Of a stretch of DNA of 64,000 nt, positions 62,115-64,000 are shown in pieces. The position numbers were made by a program, and so were the translations under genes. The notes under the pieces are model-generated. The model saw only the letters and a program-made list of their open reading frames with translations. It searched no databases and was not told the DNA's origin. Position 1 is the stretch's first letter, and each line of letters begins with the position of its first letter. This DNA is from Heptranchias perlo (Eukaryota): contig NC_090367.1 in NCBI RefSeq assembly GCF_035084215.1, positions 4,774,001 through 4,838,000 on the forward strand, written 5' to 3'.

Positions 62115-63163
62115 ATCAAACACTCCCAGGGCAGGTACAGCACGGGTTAGATACAGAGTAAAGCTCCCTCTACACTGTCCCGTCAAACACTCCCAGGGCA
62201 GGTACAGCACGGGTTAGATACAGAGTAAAGCTCCCTCCACACTGTCCCATCAAACACTCCCGGGGCAGGTACAGCACGGGTTAGATACAGAGTAAAGCTC
62301 CCTCTACACTGTCCCATCAAACACTCCCAGGGCAGGTACAGCACGGGTTAGATACAGAGTAAAGCTCCCTCTACACTGTCCCGTCAAACACTCCCAGGGC
62401 AGGTACAGGGTTAGATACAGAGTAAAGCTCCCTCTAAACTGTCCCATCAAACACTCCCAGGGCAGGTACAGGGTTAGATACAGAGTAAAGCTCCCTCTAC
62501 ACTGTCCCATCAAACACTCCCAGGGCAGGTACAGGATTAGATACAGAGTAAAGCTCCCTCTACACTGTCCCATCAAACACTCCCGGGGCAGGTACAGCAC
62601 GGGTTAGATACAGAGTAAAGCTCCCTCTACACTGTCCCGTCAAACACTCCCAGGGCAGGTACAGCACGGGTTAGATACAGAGTAAAGCTCCCTCCACACT
62701 GTCCCATCAAACACTCCCAGGGCAGGTACAGCACGGGTTAGATACAGAGTAAAGCTCCCTCGACACTGTCCCGTCAAACACTCCCAGGGCAGGTACAGGG
62801 TTAGATACAGAGTAAAGCTCCCTCTACACTGTCCCATCAAACACTCCCAGGGCAGGTACAGGGTTAGATACAGAGTAAAGCTCCCTCTACACTGTCCCAT
62901 CAAACACTCCCGGGGCAGGCACAGCACGGGTTAGATACAGAGTAAAGCTCCCTCTACACTGTCCCATCAAACACTCCCGGGGCAGGTACAGCACGGGTTA
63001 GATACAGAGTAAAGCTCCCTCTACACTGTCCCATCAAACACTCCCAGGGCAGGTACAGGGTTAGATACAGAGTAAAACTCCCTCTACACTGTCCCATCAA
63101 ACACTCCCAGGGCAGGTACAGCACGGGTTAGATACAGAGTAAAGCTCCCTCTACACTGTCCCC
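62115..63163 (-). repeat. 63/67-bp tandem repeat, ~16 units
   Basis: Reverse complement of the 39.4-kb array. Confidence 0.95.
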
Positions 63164-64000
63164 AAGAGACTGTTGAAACACATTTCACACAGGCCCCTTA
63201 CCGCAGACATTCCTTCCATTAGACTGGGCTGGATTTGATCCCGGGGCCCAGAGTTGACAGGCCAGTGTTTAACCCGTCCAATTTCTCACCCCCCCCCCCC
63301 CCCCCCCCCCCCAGTTGTGTTTGATCCTTTGTGTGTCTGGGGAGGGTCCATTTGAGGTGTTTGTGACCGAGCTTTGCCGATGGAGTAATCTACCCATGTC
63401 AGGCCTCCAGTGGGAGAGCAGCTGTGGAAAAGATGAGTTATTAGTTTGTGGCTACAGAAATAACCCGCTAGGAAGTCAACACGTAATAGAAAAATACGGC
63501 AGTCCCAAGATCTCGCGACCCCCACGGCTGTTCCTCCTGGAACCCCTCAGGTCAGGGGACGCAGGTTTGAAAACCTGTTGTGTTACATAGAGTTACCAGC
63601 ACAGAAACAGGCCATTCGGCCCAACTGGTCCATGCTGGTGTTTGTGCTCCACACGAGCCTCTCCCACCTTACTTTGTCTCACCCTGTGTTTGAAACTCCC
63701 AAAGCCCTGGTTCCCTCCTGCGGCTGGAGCCGTGCTAGACCAGGAAGGGCCCAGATTGCGTTTCCCCCCCCCCCCACCTTGCCTCCCTCATCTGTGTGTT
63801 GGCCGATCAGGCCTCAGCGCCCTCGGTTAATGGGATGGGGATTAAAATCAGTCGGAGTCCCTGCTCCTGAACCTTATTCGGTCGTCCCTTGGTGGAAAGT
63901 GTGTTTGTGTGCGTCAGAGATGAGGCTCGGGATCGGATTCAGCTGTGACGCCTATCACGGCGGAAGTGCCTCCTGACCCGCGATGGGGGTGCGGAACCAC

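Overview
Eukaryotic vertebrate DNA, most likely from a cartilaginous fish (shark-type CR1 LINEs, Deu-domain SINEs, Penelope ends and GC-rich microchromosome-like composition). There are no prokaryotic features. Four protein-coding genes are supported: (1) the first coding exon and CpG promoter of an hnRNP U-family gene, best fit HNRNPUL2 (- strand), whose intron 1 holds a >=10 kb 56-bp satellite; (2) a complete 4-exon TMEM179-type gene (-); (3) the complete single coding exon of ZBTB3 (-); (4) four in-frame exons of an unidentified + strand gene that runs off the right edge. The gene set resembles human 11q12.3 and its 14q32/1q44/19q13 paralogon. The rest is mostly CR1/L2/Tx1 LINE fragments, tRNA-derived SINEs, DNA transposon relics, five tandem-repeat families and two assembly gaps. 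The most notable observations are a dispersed family of CTCF-core elements with conserved flanks (one copy palindromic), a TSD-flanked Penelope insertion carrying a minimal hammerhead ribozyme and inverted copies of neighbouring host DNA, a TMEM179 (A-type) gene where TMEM179B would be expected, and the unidentified gene. All family assignments come from my recollection of known sequences, not from database searches.
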